In this document: positions 63,190 to 64,000 of the stretch, one piece after another | Position numbering within the stretch: position 1 is the first letter of the stretch | How the letters are laid out: each line of letters begins with the position of its first letter | Assembly: GCF_963921235.1 (NCBI RefSeq) | Contig: NC_086097.1 | Location: 135,596,001 to 135,660,000, forward strand | Length of the DNA: 64,000 nt | Source: Mobula hypostoma | Lineage: Eukaryota | Direction: 5' to 3' | The notes under the pieces: model-generated | The model's database searches: none | What the model was told of the DNA's origin: nothing | What the model saw: the letters and a program-made list of their open reading frames with translations, nothing else | Translations under genes and position numbers: made by a program

Positions 63190-64000
63190 TGCATGATCTA
63201 CCTTTGCTTATATCAGAAGGAAAATAGGAGCAGGAATTCTAAGGGTGCCCCCCTCAACCCTGCTCTGCCATGGCTGACCTGGCCCAGGCCTCTACTCCTC
63301 TTCTGTGTCACTTCCCCTTTTCCCTCAATTCTCTGATCATTCAAAGATCAGTTGCAGATATAAAAGCCCAAAAGCATGTACCGCCAGGCACAGGCACAGC
63401 TTCTGACTCACTGCTCTAAGACTACTGAACAATTTCTTTGTATGATAAAATGAACTCTTGACTTTGCAATCTACCTGGTTATGACCTTGCAACTTATTGC
63501 CTGCATTCCCTGTAACTGTATCACTCCATTCTGCATTCTGTTATTGATTTCCCTTGTACTAGCTCAATGCACTGACATGATGACATGATCTGTAAGTGGG
63601 CATGCAAAACAAACTTTTCCCACTGGACTTTGATGCACTTGACAATAATAAAGCAGTTTATCAATATACCTACCACCTCTTTAAATATTTCATGACTTGT
63701 AAAACTGTTTCCAGAAATCCAGCTCCCCCTCCCCGCAGGATAAAACGTTCTAAAAATTCAACACACCCTGCAGAAGAGATTTCTACACACCTCAGTTTTA
63801 AAAGATCATCCCCTTATCTTGTCCCTCAATCCCCTTGTTTGAGACTCTCCCATTGGTAGAAATGCCTCATCATCTGGTGTGTCACGTTTCCATATAATCT
63901 CATACGTTTCAGTAAGATCGCCCTTCATTCTTTTGAACTCCAGAGAAAACAGTTCTAAGTTTTCAACTATTTCTGATAGTTTGAGAGGGTTACCCTGGGA
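63190..64000. mobile_element. Old CR1 3' end (-) interrupted by a Rex tail (+, ~63360-63670)
   Basis: aaataggagcagga...ctctgccatggctgac; gtaagatcgcccttcattcttttgaactccag; Rex tail gacaataataaa. Confidence 0.5.

Overview
Eukaryotic, repeat-dense, non-coding-looking (intronic or intergenic) DNA. The repeat families suggest a cartilaginous fish, probably a ray; this is an inference from CR1, Rex1/Babar, V-SINE and Penelope motifs, not a database match. No host protein-coding gene could be identified with confidence, only a few candidate small exons. Almost every long ORF is retroelement-derived: young and old CR1 LINEs, many Rex1/Babar LINE pieces, two L1/Tx1-type 3' fragments, a decayed R4/Dong (Rex6-like) element, Penelope-like elements (PLEs) with a GIY-YIG endonuclease and minimal hammerhead ribozymes, hAT and Tc1 non-autonomous transposons, and one structurally complete Gmr1-type Gypsy LTR element (36735-41662, minus strand; 4-bp TSD, tRNA-Pro PBS, PPT). 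Two features stand out. (1) An exact head-to-tail triplet of a 34-nt minimal hammerhead ribozyme (6642-6746), nested in a hAT MITE, which could supply in cis the helix III that single PLE ribozymes lack. (2) The LTR element's miniaturised pol, a 399-codon open frame stitched from integrase, RT and RNase H remnants with the catalytic cores removed. Boundaries of old repeats are approximate (read by eye).
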